The translations under genes and the position numbers were made by a program. From the NCBI GenBank assembly GCA_036267635.1, contig DATAVR010000017.1:2912-66911 (forward strand): 64,000 nt of DNA, given 5' to 3'. Position 1 is the stretch's first letter. Each line of letters starts with the position of its first letter. The notes below the pieces were generated by a model. The model was not told the origin of the DNA. It searched no databases and worked only from the letters and a program-made list of their open reading frames with translations. Source of the stretch: Polyangia bacterium. GTDB lineage: Bacteria; Myxococcota_A; Polyangia; Fen-1088. Below, piece after piece: positions 48,529-56,839 of this stretch.

Positions 48529-48558
48529 TTGACCTCGCGGAAGTGAAGGCACTATCTT
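48529..48558 (+). promoter_or_regulatory. Candidate sigma70 promoter for hup
   Basis: TTGACC (48529-48534), 18-bp spacer, TATCTT (48553-48558); AGGAG SD lies before the hup ATG. Confidence 0.5.
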
Positions 48559-48635
48559 TAGCGGGTTTCGAGCTGCGCGAGTTCGCTGTGCGCGTGTGAG
48601 AGTGTCAGAAACCAAACTAGGAGAAAACGAAGCTC

Positions 48636-48917
48636 ATGAAGAAGGCTGATCTGGTCGACGTCGTGGCGCAGCAGAAGAATCTGCAGAGGCAGCAAGTGGA
48701 GATCACCATCGACGCGCTCATCGATGCCATCGCCGAAGGGTTGTCGAAAGGCGAGCGGATCGATCTGCGCGGCTTCGGCGCCTTCGCGGTCCGAGAATCC
48801 GCGGCCCGCACCGGGCGCAACCCCCAGACGGGCGCGCCGATCGAGATCGCGGCCCGCCGCGTACCCACCTTCAAAGCCGGCAAGGAGCTTCGGGACAAGG
48901 TCAACCGCCCCGCCTGA
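48636..48917 (+). CDS. hup: HU/IHF-family nucleoid-associated protein
   Basis: K.DL...VA, GE.I.LRGFG.F, AR.GRNPQTG..I.I.A.RVP.FKAGKELRDKVN. Confidence 0.93.
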   Translation: MKKADLVDVVAQQKNLQRQQVEITIDALIDAIAEGLSKGERIDLRGFGAFAVRESAARTGRNPQTGAPIEIAARRVPTFKAGKELRDKVNRPA

Positions 48918-48985
48918 CAGCGGAGCCCGAAGCCCGAAGTCCCCCACGCACCAAGCACGCAAGCAATCAGGCATTAGAAGAAGAG

Positions 48986-49579
48986 ATGGGTACCCGACTT
49001 TTCATCGGCAATCTTTCGTACAACGTCACCGAGCAGGAGTTACGGGAGGCGTTCACTGGCGAACAGATCGAGCTTCGCAGCGTCCGCGTGGCCCTCGATC
49101 GCGAGACCGGGCGGCCACGTGGGTTCGCCTTCGTCGAGACCGCCACCGACGACGGCGCCAAGGCTTCGATCGAGAAGCTCTCCGGGCGCATCCTCCAGGG
49201 CCGCCCGATCATCGTCGAGGAGGCACAGGCCAAGCCGGCCGGACCGCGCCCGGGCGGGTTCGGCGCCGGTCCCCCCCGCCCCGGCGGCGGCTTCGCCCCG
49301 CGTCCCCCTGGGGCGGGGCCAGGTGGCCCACCCCGCGGGCCAGGTGGCTTCGGCGGACCTCCTCGTCCGGGCGGAGGTCCCGGCGGCCCACCCCGCGACT
49401 TCGGCCCGCCGCGGACTCCGGGCGGTTTCAGGCCCGGGGGCTTCGGTGCGGCACCGGGTGCCCGCCCCAGCGAGGGCCCTCCCCGCCGCGAGCGCCCTGA
49501 AAAGAAGCGTTCGACCCGCCCCAAGCCCGAGGAGCGCGAGCGGGGCAACTGGCGCTGGGACGGCAAGGACGACGAGTAG
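48986..49579 (+). CDS. RRM RNA-binding protein with Gly/Pro/Arg-rich tail
   Basis: RNP2 LFIGNL, RNP1 RGFAFVE, DRETGRPRG, GRPI.V.EA; low-complexity C-terminus. Confidence 0.9.
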   Translation: MGTRLFIGNLSYNVTEQELREAFTGEQIELRSVRVALDRETGRPRGFAFVETATDDGAKASIEKLSGRILQGRPIIVEEAQAKPAGPRPGGFGAGPPRPGGGFAPRPPGAGPGGPPRGPGGFGGPPRPGGGPGGPPRDFGPPRTPGGFRPGGFGAAPGARPSEGPPRRERPEKKRSTRPKPEERERGNWRWDGKDDE

Positions 49580-49665
49580 TAGGGCGCGGGGGCGCTAACC
49601 GTCGCCCGCACGCCGCCCCGCGCGAGCCGGCCCGAAAAATGCGATAATTCGCCTGGGGCGCGCAC

Positions 49666-50469
49666 GTGACGCCGGGGCGGATTTTGGTAGTCGACGATGA
49701 TCCGTGGATCCAACGGATCGTTGCGCGCGCGCTCGGGCAGCGTGGACATCAGGTCAGCCTGGCCGGCGACGCGTCCGGCGCGTTCGTGGTCGGGTCGAAG
49801 ATCAAGCCCGAGCTGATCCTCACCGCCATCTCGCTGCCGGCCATCGAGGGCTGGGCCTGGTGGGAGAGGCTCCGCACGCTGCCCGCGTGCGCCGACGCGC
49901 CGATCATCTTTTTGCATTCGGATCTCGACGCCTCGATCACGATTCGGGGCGAAGGTCCCCGCGATCAGCGTCTCCGCAAGCCGTTTCGCGTGGAAGATCT
50001 GGAGCGTGCAGTCGTTACTGCTCTCGGGGGCGGGACAGTGCACACGCTCGTTGGCCATCAGACGGCGCCGGCCGAAACTGCCGAGGTGAGACCCTCGGCC
50101 GGGCACCGGCCGCTGTCGGCCTTGCGGGGCGCGCTCGATCAGCTCGGCCTCTCCAGCGTTCTCACCATCCTGGAGATGGAGCGCAAGAGCGGCATCCTCC
50201 TCTGCGAACGCGAGTCCGGTGTGGCGCGCATGTTCCTGCGCAAGGGGCGCGTCGTCCGCGCCGACAGCGACGAGCCGCGCCTCTCGGGCGCCGCCGCGGT
50301 CTACGAGGCGCTGACCTGGCGCAGCGGCTCGTTCGATTTTCTGATCGGCGACATCGGCGGCGTCGACGACATCCAGGCCTCGACGACCTTCCTGCTGCTG
50401 GAAGGGGCGCGCCGGATCGACGAGGCGAACGAAATTCGCCGCACGGGCTCCGCAGAGAGCAAAATCTAG
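49666..50469 (+). CDS. Atypical receiver domain + DUF4388 domain protein
   Basis: ILVVDDD, PELILTAISLP (phosphoacceptor Asp replaced by Ala), RKPF; C-terminal LRGALDQLGLSSVL.ILE.ERKSG.L...W..G.F.F. Confidence 0.8.
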   Translation: MTPGRILVVDDDPWIQRIVARALGQRGHQVSLAGDASGAFVVGSKIKPELILTAISLPAIEGWAWWERLRTLPACADAPIIFLHSDLDASITIRGEGPRDQRLRKPFRVEDLERAVVTALGGGTVHTLVGHQTAPAETAEVRPSAGHRPLSALRGALDQLGLSSVLTILEMERKSGILLCERESGVARMFLRKGRVVRADSDEPRLSGAAAVYEALTWRSGSFDFLIGDIGGVDDIQASTTFLLLEGARRIDEANEIRRTGSAESKI

Positions 50470-50474
50470 CCTTC

Positions 50475-51443
50475 GTGGAGCTCCCAACGAAAGCAGACGG
50501 TGATCGGGAGATCATCGAGCTCGACATCGTCGTGCCCGTCGAGTGCGGCGGCTGGCGGCTCGATCACTTTCTGAAACGACGGATCGGCCGTCTGTCGCGC
50601 ACGCGCATCCAGGCGATCCTCCGCGAGCAGATCTTCTTCTCCGACGGGCGGGCGGTTCGGCCGGCGGCCGCGGTGCGCGCCGGCGAGACGATCCTCCTGC
50701 GACGACCGGCGCCGATCGAGCCCGAGGTGCCGCGGCACTTCGAGATCCTCTACCAAGACCCGAGCGTCTTGGTCATCGACAAGCCGGCCGGCCTGCCGAT
50801 GCACACCACCGCCAAGTTCTGGCGCAACACGCTGACGGCGCTCTTGCGCGAGCGCTACCCCGACGAGCAGATGGAGATCGCCCACCGCATCGATCGCGAG
50901 ACCTCGGGCGTCCTCGTCGTCGCGCGCGGCCGCGAGGTGGCGAGCTTTCTCACCCGCGCCTTCGCCCGCCGCGCCGTGGAAAAGACCTACCTCGCGCTGG
51001 TGAAGGGCGCCCCGCCCGACGAGGGGCGGATCGATCGGCCGCTCAAGCTGCTCGACAGTCCGTCGCACATCATGATGGGGCCGGCGGACGATGGCCTCGC
51101 GGCCGTCACCCGCTACCGCGTGGTGCGGCGGTTCGCCGCGCACGCGCTCTGCGAGGCGCACCCGGAGACCGGCCGGCAGCACCAGATCCGCGTTCACTTC
51201 CAGTCGATCGGTCACCCGATCGTGGGGGACAAGCTGTACGGCGCGGGTGAAGCGCTGTTCATGCGCGCCTGCGACGAGGGGGTCACGCCCGAGCTCCTGG
51301 CCTGCTTCGACGGCCTCGCCCGCCATGCGCTGCACGCGCACCGCCTGACCTTCCCGCACCCGGTCACGCGCCAGCCCGTCACCGTCGAGAGCCCGCTGCC
51401 GGCCGACCTGCGCGACTACCTGGAACGGCTCCCCGCGCGGTAG
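50475..51443 (+). CDS. RluA/RluC/RluD-family pseudouridine synthase with S4-like domain
   Basis: RLDHFL, IDKPAGL..H, HRIDRETSG, K.YLALV.G, TGR.HQIRVH..SIGHPIVGD.LYG, LHA..L.F.HP. Confidence 0.9.
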   Translation: MELPTKADGDREIIELDIVVPVECGGWRLDHFLKRRIGRLSRTRIQAILREQIFFSDGRAVRPAAAVRAGETILLRRPAPIEPEVPRHFEILYQDPSVLVIDKPAGLPMHTTAKFWRNTLTALLRERYPDEQMEIAHRIDRETSGVLVVARGREVASFLTRAFARRAVEKTYLALVKGAPPDEGRIDRPLKLLDSPSHIMMGPADDGLAAVTRYRVVRRFAAHALCEAHPETGRQHQIRVHFQSIGHPIVGDKLYGAGEALFMRACDEGVTPELLACFDGLARHALHAHRLTFPHPVTRQPVTVESPLPADLRDYLERLPAR

Positions 51444-51449
51444 CGCGGC

Positions 51450-52334
51450 TCACTCGGAGCTGGGCGTGTCGAGCACGCGGGAGATGCTGAGATCGAGGCG
51501 GCTGACCAGCAGCCCGGCCAGCGAACGGAACTCGCCCGGCGGCAGGCGCAGCTTGGCGCAGACCTCGCGCTCGGTCGTCGCCAGCACCTGCTCGCGCGCG
51601 CGGGCGATCCAACGGGTGATCGTCGACTGGTTGACGCTGTAGATGTTGGCCAGCTGCTCGTGCGACAGGCCGCTCACGATGGTCAGCTTGAGCAGCAGGC
51701 GATCGCGATCGGGTAGACCGGCCAGAGCCTCCCGCACAGCGGTCTCGAATTCCGCCTTGTAGCGCGTCCGCAAATAGTCGACCTCGGGATGCTCGTGAAC
51801 GGGCAGGATCTCGTCGACCAGCGGATCGCCGCCGGTCCGCGCCTCCGCGCGCCGCAGATCGAGCGCCACCCGCTGGGCCGCCACCGCCACCCAGGCGGCC
51901 AGCGGCCCCCGCCCGGCGTACGATTGAATGCGTGGGGCCTGCACCTCGGTCCCCACGAAGATCCGTTGCCAGAGGATCTGGCGGACCTCGTCGCGCAGGT
52001 CGGGGCTGCGGTCGACGCGTGCCACGGCAGCGGTGATCGCCCCGGCGCAGAGCCGATCGCACTCGGCCAGCGCGTTCGGAACCCCATCTGAGCAGGCGAT
52101 GGCGAGCGCGAGATCCCCGATGTAGAGGTCCGGCAGGCCGCTCTCGACGTCGTCGCCGACCGACCGGGCGATCGCCTCGACCAACCGCACCCCGTCGATG
52201 GCCAGCTCCGGCCAGGCGCTCGCGGCCTCGGCCACGATTGTGCGCAAGCGCACTTCGAGATCGGCCGGCAGGCGCGCCGAGGGGCGCGCGTGTGCGAAAT
52301 AACGGGCCAATTCCGGCTCCCGCGCGGCCGACAT
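51450..52334 (-). CDS. ECF-type sigma-70 factor, Myxococcales family
   Basis: DL.LA.AC..G...AL, RI..YAGRGPL.AWV.V.A.R.ALD, L..L...DR.LL......GL..E.LA..Y.V..STI.RW..RAR. Confidence 0.85.
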   Translation of the reverse strand: MSAAREPELARYFAHARPSARLPADLEVRLRTIVAEAASAWPELAIDGVRLVEAIARSVGDDVESGLPDLYIGDLALAIACSDGVPNALAECDRLCAGAITAAVARVDRSPDLRDEVRQILWQRIFVGTEVQAPRIQSYAGRGPLAAWVAVAAQRVALDLRRAEARTGGDPLVDEILPVHEHPEVDYLRTRYKAEFETAVREALAGLPDRDRLLLKLTIVSGLSHEQLANIYSVNQSTITRWIARAREQVLATTEREVCAKLRLPPGEFRSLAGLLVSRLDLSISRVLDTPSSE

Positions 52335-52420
52335 TGCAACGCTAACCTACCAGACGGCTGGCGCAATGCGCAGCTTCTCGCGTCCGGGCGCCGGTCTCTG
52401 CGATAATCGCCCGCCCGGCC

Positions 52421-54997
52421 ATGGACTGTCTCGACGAGGAGACCGTCGTTGCGTTCGTCAACGGTGCGCTGCGCGGACCTGCGCTCGCGGCCGTCGAGCG
52501 CCACCTGGTCGATTGCCCCGCCTGCGCGACGTTGGTCGCCGTCGCAGCGCCCGCCACCGCCGGCGGCGCGAGATCGGCGGCGGCCCCCGAGCTCTCGGTC
52601 GGCCGGTATCGCCTCCTGCGCCTCGTTGGCCGCGGCGGGATGGGCGAGGTCTACGCCGCGCACGATCCGGAGCTGGATCGCAAGGTGGCCATCAAGATCC
52701 TGCGGGCCGACGCGCGCCCCGACAACATCGAGGCGGCGCGCCTCGCGCGGGAAGCGCAGGCGGTGGCCAGGCTCTCCCACCCGAACGTGGTCGCCATCTA
52801 CGACGTCGGCTCGTCGGCCGGCCGGATGTTCCTGGCAATGGAGCTGGTCGAAGGGGAGACGCTGGCGATCTGGCTGGCGCGCGAGCTGCGGACACCGAGC
52901 GAGATCCTCACCATGTTCCTGATGGCCGGCCGGGGCCTGGCCGCCGCGCACCGGGCCGGCATCGTCCATCGGGACTTCAAGCCACAGAACGTGATGGTGG
53001 CCCGCGACGGCAGCGCGCGGGTGATGGACTTCGGCCTGGCGGCCGCGGGCGATCCCACCCGCCCCCAGCAGGTTCGCCTCACCAAGGCGGGCGCCATCCT
53101 CGGAACGCCGCTCTATATGTCGCCCGAGCAGATGGTCGGCCAACCGGTCGATCCGCGCGCCGATCAATTCAGCTTCTGCGTGGCGCTCTGGGAGGCGTTG
53201 CACGGCGGGCGACCGTTCCAGGGGACGACCTTGCTCGAGCTGCGGGGGGACGTGCTGGCGGGTCGACCGCGTCCCGGCCCGCTGCAGAGCCGCGTTCCCC
53301 GGCGCCTGCAGGCGGCGCTCCTTCGAGGGCTGGCGGTCGATCGCGCGCGCCGCTTCCCCGACATGAACGCGCTGCTCGCCGAGCTCACCGCCGCGACAGC
53401 GGAGAGGCGGGGGCAGACGGCCACCGTCGGCGTCGCTCTCGGGCTGGCGCTGGCCGCCCTGGTGGGGGGCACGACGATCTGGCGCCTGCGGGCCCGGGCT
53501 GCGGCCGCCTGCGATCCCAGCGCCAAGCTGGCCAACGTCTGGGAGACCGCGCCCGACGGCCGCATGCGGCGCGAGACCCGCGCCGCTTTCTTGGCCGCCG
53601 CGAACGACGTCCCCGACGCGCGCGAGCGGTTCGAGCGCGTCGCCCAGCTGCTCGACGGCTATGCCCAGGGCTGGGCGAGTGCTTCGCGCGAGGCCTGCGA
53701 GACGGCGAGGCGCACGGCGGACAGCGTGACGGCGTTGCGAACCAGCTGCCTCGATCGGCGGCGCGCCGATCTGGCGGCACTGACCGACGTGCTCGCCCAC
53801 GCGGACGCCAAGGTGGTGCGCCGCTCGATCGCCGCCGTCTCGTCGCTCGGGCGCGTCGACGGCTGCTCCGATCTGGTCGCGCTGCGAAGCGCGCCGCTCC
53901 CCCCGTCCGATCCCGCGCTGCGGGCCCGCGTCGACCAGCTGACCGGCCGTCTGCTGGCGCTCCGCGCCACCGCCGCGGCGGGCCACGACTGGCAGGCGCT
54001 GGAGCCGGTCGGCGCGCTCGTCGAGGACGTCCGGGCGGCGGCGTACGATCCGCTGCTGGTCGAGGCGCTGCTCGTCGACGCGCGTATCCGCTCGCCGTTC
54101 GATCCCGAGGGGGCGATCCCGCTCTACGAAGAGGCCTACCGGCGGGCGGGAGCGCTGCACCTCGACGATTTTTCCGCCGAGGCCGCCATTCAGCTCACCG
54201 CCATCGTGGGGACGTTCCAGCACCATTTCCCCGACGGAGAGAAGTGGGCCGGGCTCGCCGAGGTCGCCATCGGGCACGCCGGCGAGCACGAGCGCCTGCG
54301 CGGCTGGTTCTACAACGTGCGCGGCGCGCTGGAGGCGGCGCAGGGGCAATGGCGGCGCGCGGAGAGCGACTTCGGCGCGTCGGCCTCTGTCCGCGAGCAG
54401 ATCCTCGGCGCCGGCCATCCTGACTTGGCGGCGTCGCTGGTGAACCTCTCCAAGGCCGCGCTCATGCTGGGCGACGCCGACCAGGCGCTCGAGGCCGCCG
54501 CGCGCGCCTACAAGCTGGCGAGCGCCGTCTTCCCGGGGGACGCCTACGAAGTGAACGCGGCGCTGCTGGCGCGCGCGCATGCGCTCGTCGTGCTCAAGCG
54601 GACCGCCGACGCGCGCGCCGACGTGACCGCCGTCGAGACGGCGTTCGAGAAGACGCTGGGCCGCGACCACCCTTTCCTGGCCGATCCGATGACCGTCTTC
54701 GGCGAGGTCGCGCTCGCCGAGGGGCAACCGCAAGAGGCGCGCGCGGTGCTGGAGCGCGCCTGGGAGATTCGCTCCACCCACGTGACCGACGGCGGCGCGC
54801 GCGAGGAGACCGGGTTCGCCCTGGCCCGCGCGATCTGGGGCTCCGCCGAGGCGGATCGCACTCACGCGCTGGAGTTGGCCAACGAAGCGCGCGACGGCTT
54901 GGCGGCGATCCCGGATCTGGCTGCGCGGTTGGCAGTCGCGCAGCAGTGGATCGGCGAGCGTGCCGACGCCCACGCCGCGCGGCGCGCTCAGCGCTGA
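52421..54997 (+). CDS. Ser/Thr kinase with N-terminal anti-sigma-type zinc finger (HxxxCxxC), TM and C-terminal TPR region
   Basis: HLVDCPAC; GRGGMGEVY, VAIK, HRDFKPQN, DFG, YMSPEQ, DQFSFCV; TM at GVALGLALAALVGG; TPR-like LG..HP..A..L.NL. Confidence 0.9.
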   Translation: MDCLDEETVVAFVNGALRGPALAAVERHLVDCPACATLVAVAAPATAGGARSAAAPELSVGRYRLLRLVGRGGMGEVYAAHDPELDRKVAIKILRADARPDNIEAARLAREAQAVARLSHPNVVAIYDVGSSAGRMFLAMELVEGETLAIWLARELRTPSEILTMFLMAGRGLAAAHRAGIVHRDFKPQNVMVARDGSARVMDFGLAAAGDPTRPQQVRLTKAGAILGTPLYMSPEQMVGQPVDPRADQFSFCVALWEALHGGRPFQGTTLLELRGDVLAGRPRPGPLQSRVPRRLQAALLRGLAVDRARRFPDMNALLAELTAATAERRGQTATVGVALGLALAALVGGTTIWRLRARAAAACDPSAKLANVWETAPDGRMRRETRAAFLAAANDVPDARERFERVAQLLDGYAQGWASASREACETARRTADSVTALRTSCLDRRRADLAALTDVLAHADAKVVRRSIAAVSSLGRVDGCSDLVALRSAPLPPSDPALRARVDQLTGRLLALRATAAAGHDWQALEPVGALVEDVRAAAYDPLLVEALLVDARIRSPFDPEGAIPLYEEAYRRAGALHLDDFSAEAAIQLTAIVGTFQHHFPDGEKWAGLAEVAIGHAGEHERLRGWFYNVRGALEAAQGQWRRAESDFGASASVREQILGAGHPDLAASLVNLSKAALMLGDADQALEAAARAYKLASAVFPGDAYEVNAALLARAHALVVLKRTADARADVTAVETAFEKTLGRDHPFLADPMTVFGEVALAEGQPQEARAVLERAWEIRSTHVTDGGAREETGFALARAIWGSAEADRTHALELANEARDGLAAIPDLAARLAVAQQWIGERADAHAARRAQR

Positions 54998-55025
54998 GCG
55001 TGGCGGCCTGACGGCTGAGGACGAC

Positions 55026-55493
55026 TCAGCTCTTCGGCGGGGTCAGCTCCTCGTCGACGATTCGTTTGACCGCCGATGGATCGAGCTTCCCTTTGTTCGC
55101 CTTCATGATCTCGCCCACGACACGTCCTGCCGCCTTGGGATCGGAGATACCGAGGCGCACGATCGCCTCGCGCACGATCGCGCGCGTCTCGTCGTCGGAG
55201 GCGGCCTTGGGGAGGAACTGCGCGCAAAACCCGATCTCGAAATCGATCTGGGCGATGGCGTCGGCGCCGCGCGCGCCGATCGCCGCATACTCCTCGCGCG
55301 ACTTGCGGAGCTGCTTTTGATAGGCGGTGATCACATCCAGCCAGAGCGCGTCGTCGAGCGGACCCTTGAATCCGGCCGCGGTGCGGCGCTCCGTGTGCTT
55401 GGTCTTGATCATCCGGATGCAGTCGGCGGTGCGACTGTCCTTGGCGCGCATCGCAGCCTTGAGGAGATCGTTGAGTTGAACGTCAATCGGCAT
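55026..55493 (-). CDS. GatB/YqeY domain protein
   Basis: L..AM.AKD......IRMIK, KQLRKS.EEY, EI.F...FLP, G...G..MK...G..D...V; start trimmed to ATG 55493. Confidence 0.9.
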   Translation of the reverse strand: MPIDVQLNDLLKAAMRAKDSRTADCIRMIKTKHTERRTAAGFKGPLDDALWLDVITAYQKQLRKSREEYAAIGARGADAIAQIDFEIGFCAQFLPKAASDDETRAIVREAIVRLGISDPKAAGRVVGEIMKANKGKLDPSAVKRIVDEELTPPKS

Positions 55494-55650
55494 GACCGTG
55501 GAACCTAGGCCGAAATCGATAGCCCCGCAACCGCACACGCTGTGAACGAGGGGCACGCTTTGGCGACGAGCACCGGTCCGGGTGCTATATTCTTGAGGTC
55601 TTGGCGCCGCTTGCAGTGGGCGCGCCGCTTGCTTACCTCGGGGGGTGGTC

Positions 55651-56598
55651 ATGCGACTCAACAGCTCACTGTCGGCGCTCGTTGGAATGGTCGGCCTCGG
55701 GTTGCTCGGGGCCGGAAATGCCCACGCCCAGGCGGAGGCTGCCCCACCTCCCCAACCATCCCCGCCGGAAGCTGCCGCCGCGGCACCGGACCAGATGCCC
55801 ACACAGGCGGCGGCGCCCGAGCAGGGCCCCCCACAGCAGGACTACCCGATCCCGCCCAGCGTTCAGGGCGCGGCGGTTCCTGTTCAGGGCGGCGGCTATT
55901 GCTTCGGCGGCCCTCATCCGGCCCCCGGCGGCGGCTGGGAGGCCACGCAGACGCCGCACGTCCACAACTACGCGCCGTTCGATCTGCGGCTCTTCTCCTT
56001 CCACAACGGCTGCTACTACTTCATCGGCGACCCGCGTGACTTCGGCTACACGGGTCAGACCTACAGCTACTACGGCGCGCACCCGATCTCCGACGAGTAC
56101 GGCGGTGGTTGGTGCTTCATGGTCGGGCCGCACTCCCACTGGTGGCGGCCGTGGTCACCGTACTTCACCACCGTCGGGCCCTGGTACTACTGGCAGGGAC
56201 CCTACGATCCGTTCTTCTGGGCCTACTGGCCGTTCTATTCGTTTTACTACCGCAGCTACTACCCGAGCTACTACGCGGGCGGCCGCTACTTCCGCGGCGG
56301 GTTCCGCGCGGCGCCGCCGATCGCGCGGGTCCCTGCCTCGGTGGGGGCCGGCTGGCGCGGTGGCGCCGGATACCGAGGCGCGCCGGCCGGCGGCGGCTGG
56401 CATGGCGCTCCGGCGGCCGGAGCCGGTGCCTGGCGTGGTGGCGCAGGCGCACCCGCCTACGGCGGCGGCTGGCACGGCGGCGCGGCGGTCCCCTACTCCG
56501 CCCCGCGCGTCGGTGGCGGCGGGACCTTCCGCGGCGGCGGCGGCTTCCACGGCGGCGGCTTCCACGGCGGCGGCGGCTTCCACATCCACGGTCGTTGA
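55651..56598 (+). CDS. Secreted aromatic/His-rich protein with Gly-rich GGGFHGGG tail
   Basis: Signal peptide ending AHA; Pro-rich linker; two HP...GGGW...HxH repeats; Tyr/Trp-rich segment. Confidence 0.65.
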   Translation: MRLNSSLSALVGMVGLGLLGAGNAHAQAEAAPPPQPSPPEAAAAAPDQMPTQAAAPEQGPPQQDYPIPPSVQGAAVPVQGGGYCFGGPHPAPGGGWEATQTPHVHNYAPFDLRLFSFHNGCYYFIGDPRDFGYTGQTYSYYGAHPISDEYGGGWCFMVGPHSHWWRPWSPYFTTVGPWYYWQGPYDPFFWAYWPFYSFYYRSYYPSYYAGGRYFRGGFRAAPPIARVPASVGAGWRGGAGYRGAPAGGGWHGAPAAGAGAWRGGAGAPAYGGGWHGGAAVPYSAPRVGGGGTFRGGGGFHGGGFHGGGGFHIHGR

Positions 56599-56830
56599 CC
56601 TTTCGGACGCTCGCCTTTCGTTTCACGCGATCGTCTCCCGTCCTGGTCAACGGACAACTCCCGTTACGTGCGGCGCGAACATCGCGCTTCGATCGGGCGC
56701 TGCTTGCCGCACGTGAGCTTCCTGCATCGACGGACTGAGACGCTTCTTGCCGCGCGCGTGCGGGGTTCTCGTTCGCCCGAGGTCAGTTCAAGCTTGAACG
56801 CGGCATAGGCTGTGTGGCCTCGAAGCGCCT
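56593..56830. ncRNA. Candidate structured intergenic RNA element (unassigned)
   Basis: Series of inverted repeats in a 241-bp gap between convergent genes; matches no RNA family I recognise. Confidence 0.2.
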
Positions 56831-56839
56831 GTGGCCCTC

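Noticed and set aside
56600-56720. Hammerhead ribozyme, group II intron domain V or 6S RNA
   Set aside because: No CUGAUGA core, no proper domain V stem, and no long closing duplex with a central bubble; kept only as an unassigned candidate.
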